From a virus, in the IMG/VR virus record IMGVR_UViG_3300027494_000001, positions 1 through 41,008 of that record: a stretch of DNA of 41,008 nucleotides. One strand, given 5' to 3'. Positions 41,003 to 41,008 of this stretch are shown one piece after another. The notes under the pieces are model-generated. The model worked only from the letters and a program-made list of their open reading frames with translations, was not told the DNA's origin and ran no database searches. Position 1 is the first letter of the stretch. Every line of letters begins with the position of its first letter. The translations under genes were made by a program, and so were the position numbers.

Positions 41003-41008
41003 GTGTCC
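40882..41008. repeat. Terminal direct repeat, copy 2 (identical to 1-127)
   Basis: Read directly; see copy 1. Confidence 0.95.

Overview
The window is one complete tailed-phage genome of siphovirus type. The last 127 nt (40882-41008) repeat the first 127 nt exactly, so the unique unit is 40,881 bp and the contig closes on itself. All convincing genes (about 66 CDS) lie on the minus strand. Most are translationally coupled through ATGA, GTGA or TAATG overlaps. The long plus-strand ORFs are antisense shadows. The ORF track writes M for GTG and TTG starts, so I re-chose several starts from Shine-Dalgarno spacing and overlap with the upstream stop.

Reading the minus strand from high to low coordinates:
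- 41002-37318: CsrA-like protein, two small proteins, a Sak4/AAA_24 ATPase, a DUF669 SSB-like protein and an SF2 helicase.
- 37296-34935: an uncharacterised four-gene cassette (Cys-rich protein, two paralogous repeat/coiled-coil proteins, a DUF1353 protein), closed by a strong terminator.
- 34782-32605: an AEP primase fused to a DUF3987-like NTPase.
- 32600-32180: an AT-rich, iteron-bearing non-coding region, a candidate origin or regulatory region.
- 32175-28738: a YegP-like protein, a secreted protein, and a putative lysis cassette (papain-like Cys peptidase, membrane-anchored WCGPC thioredoxin, small TM proteins).
- 28600-25192: a fibre-like module that includes a LamG protein.
- 25189-25117: tandem hairpin repeats.
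- 25027-8558: the structural operon. It holds TerS, a lambda gpA-type TerL, a Zn-ribbon protein, gpW-like protein, lambda-type portal, protease/scaffold, a DUF2190-like protein, Mu gpT-like capsid, connector proteins, tail tube, G/GT chaperone with a canonical -1 frameshift, tape measure and distal tail proteins. It ends at a strong terminator.
- 8478-148: a sigma70-like promoter, then an early region of small genes with an HD hydrolase, SNF2 helicase, beta-class DNA methyltransferase and RusA.

I recognised no integrase, CI-type repressor, tRNA, CRISPR array or transposase. The host cannot be determined from the sequence alone.
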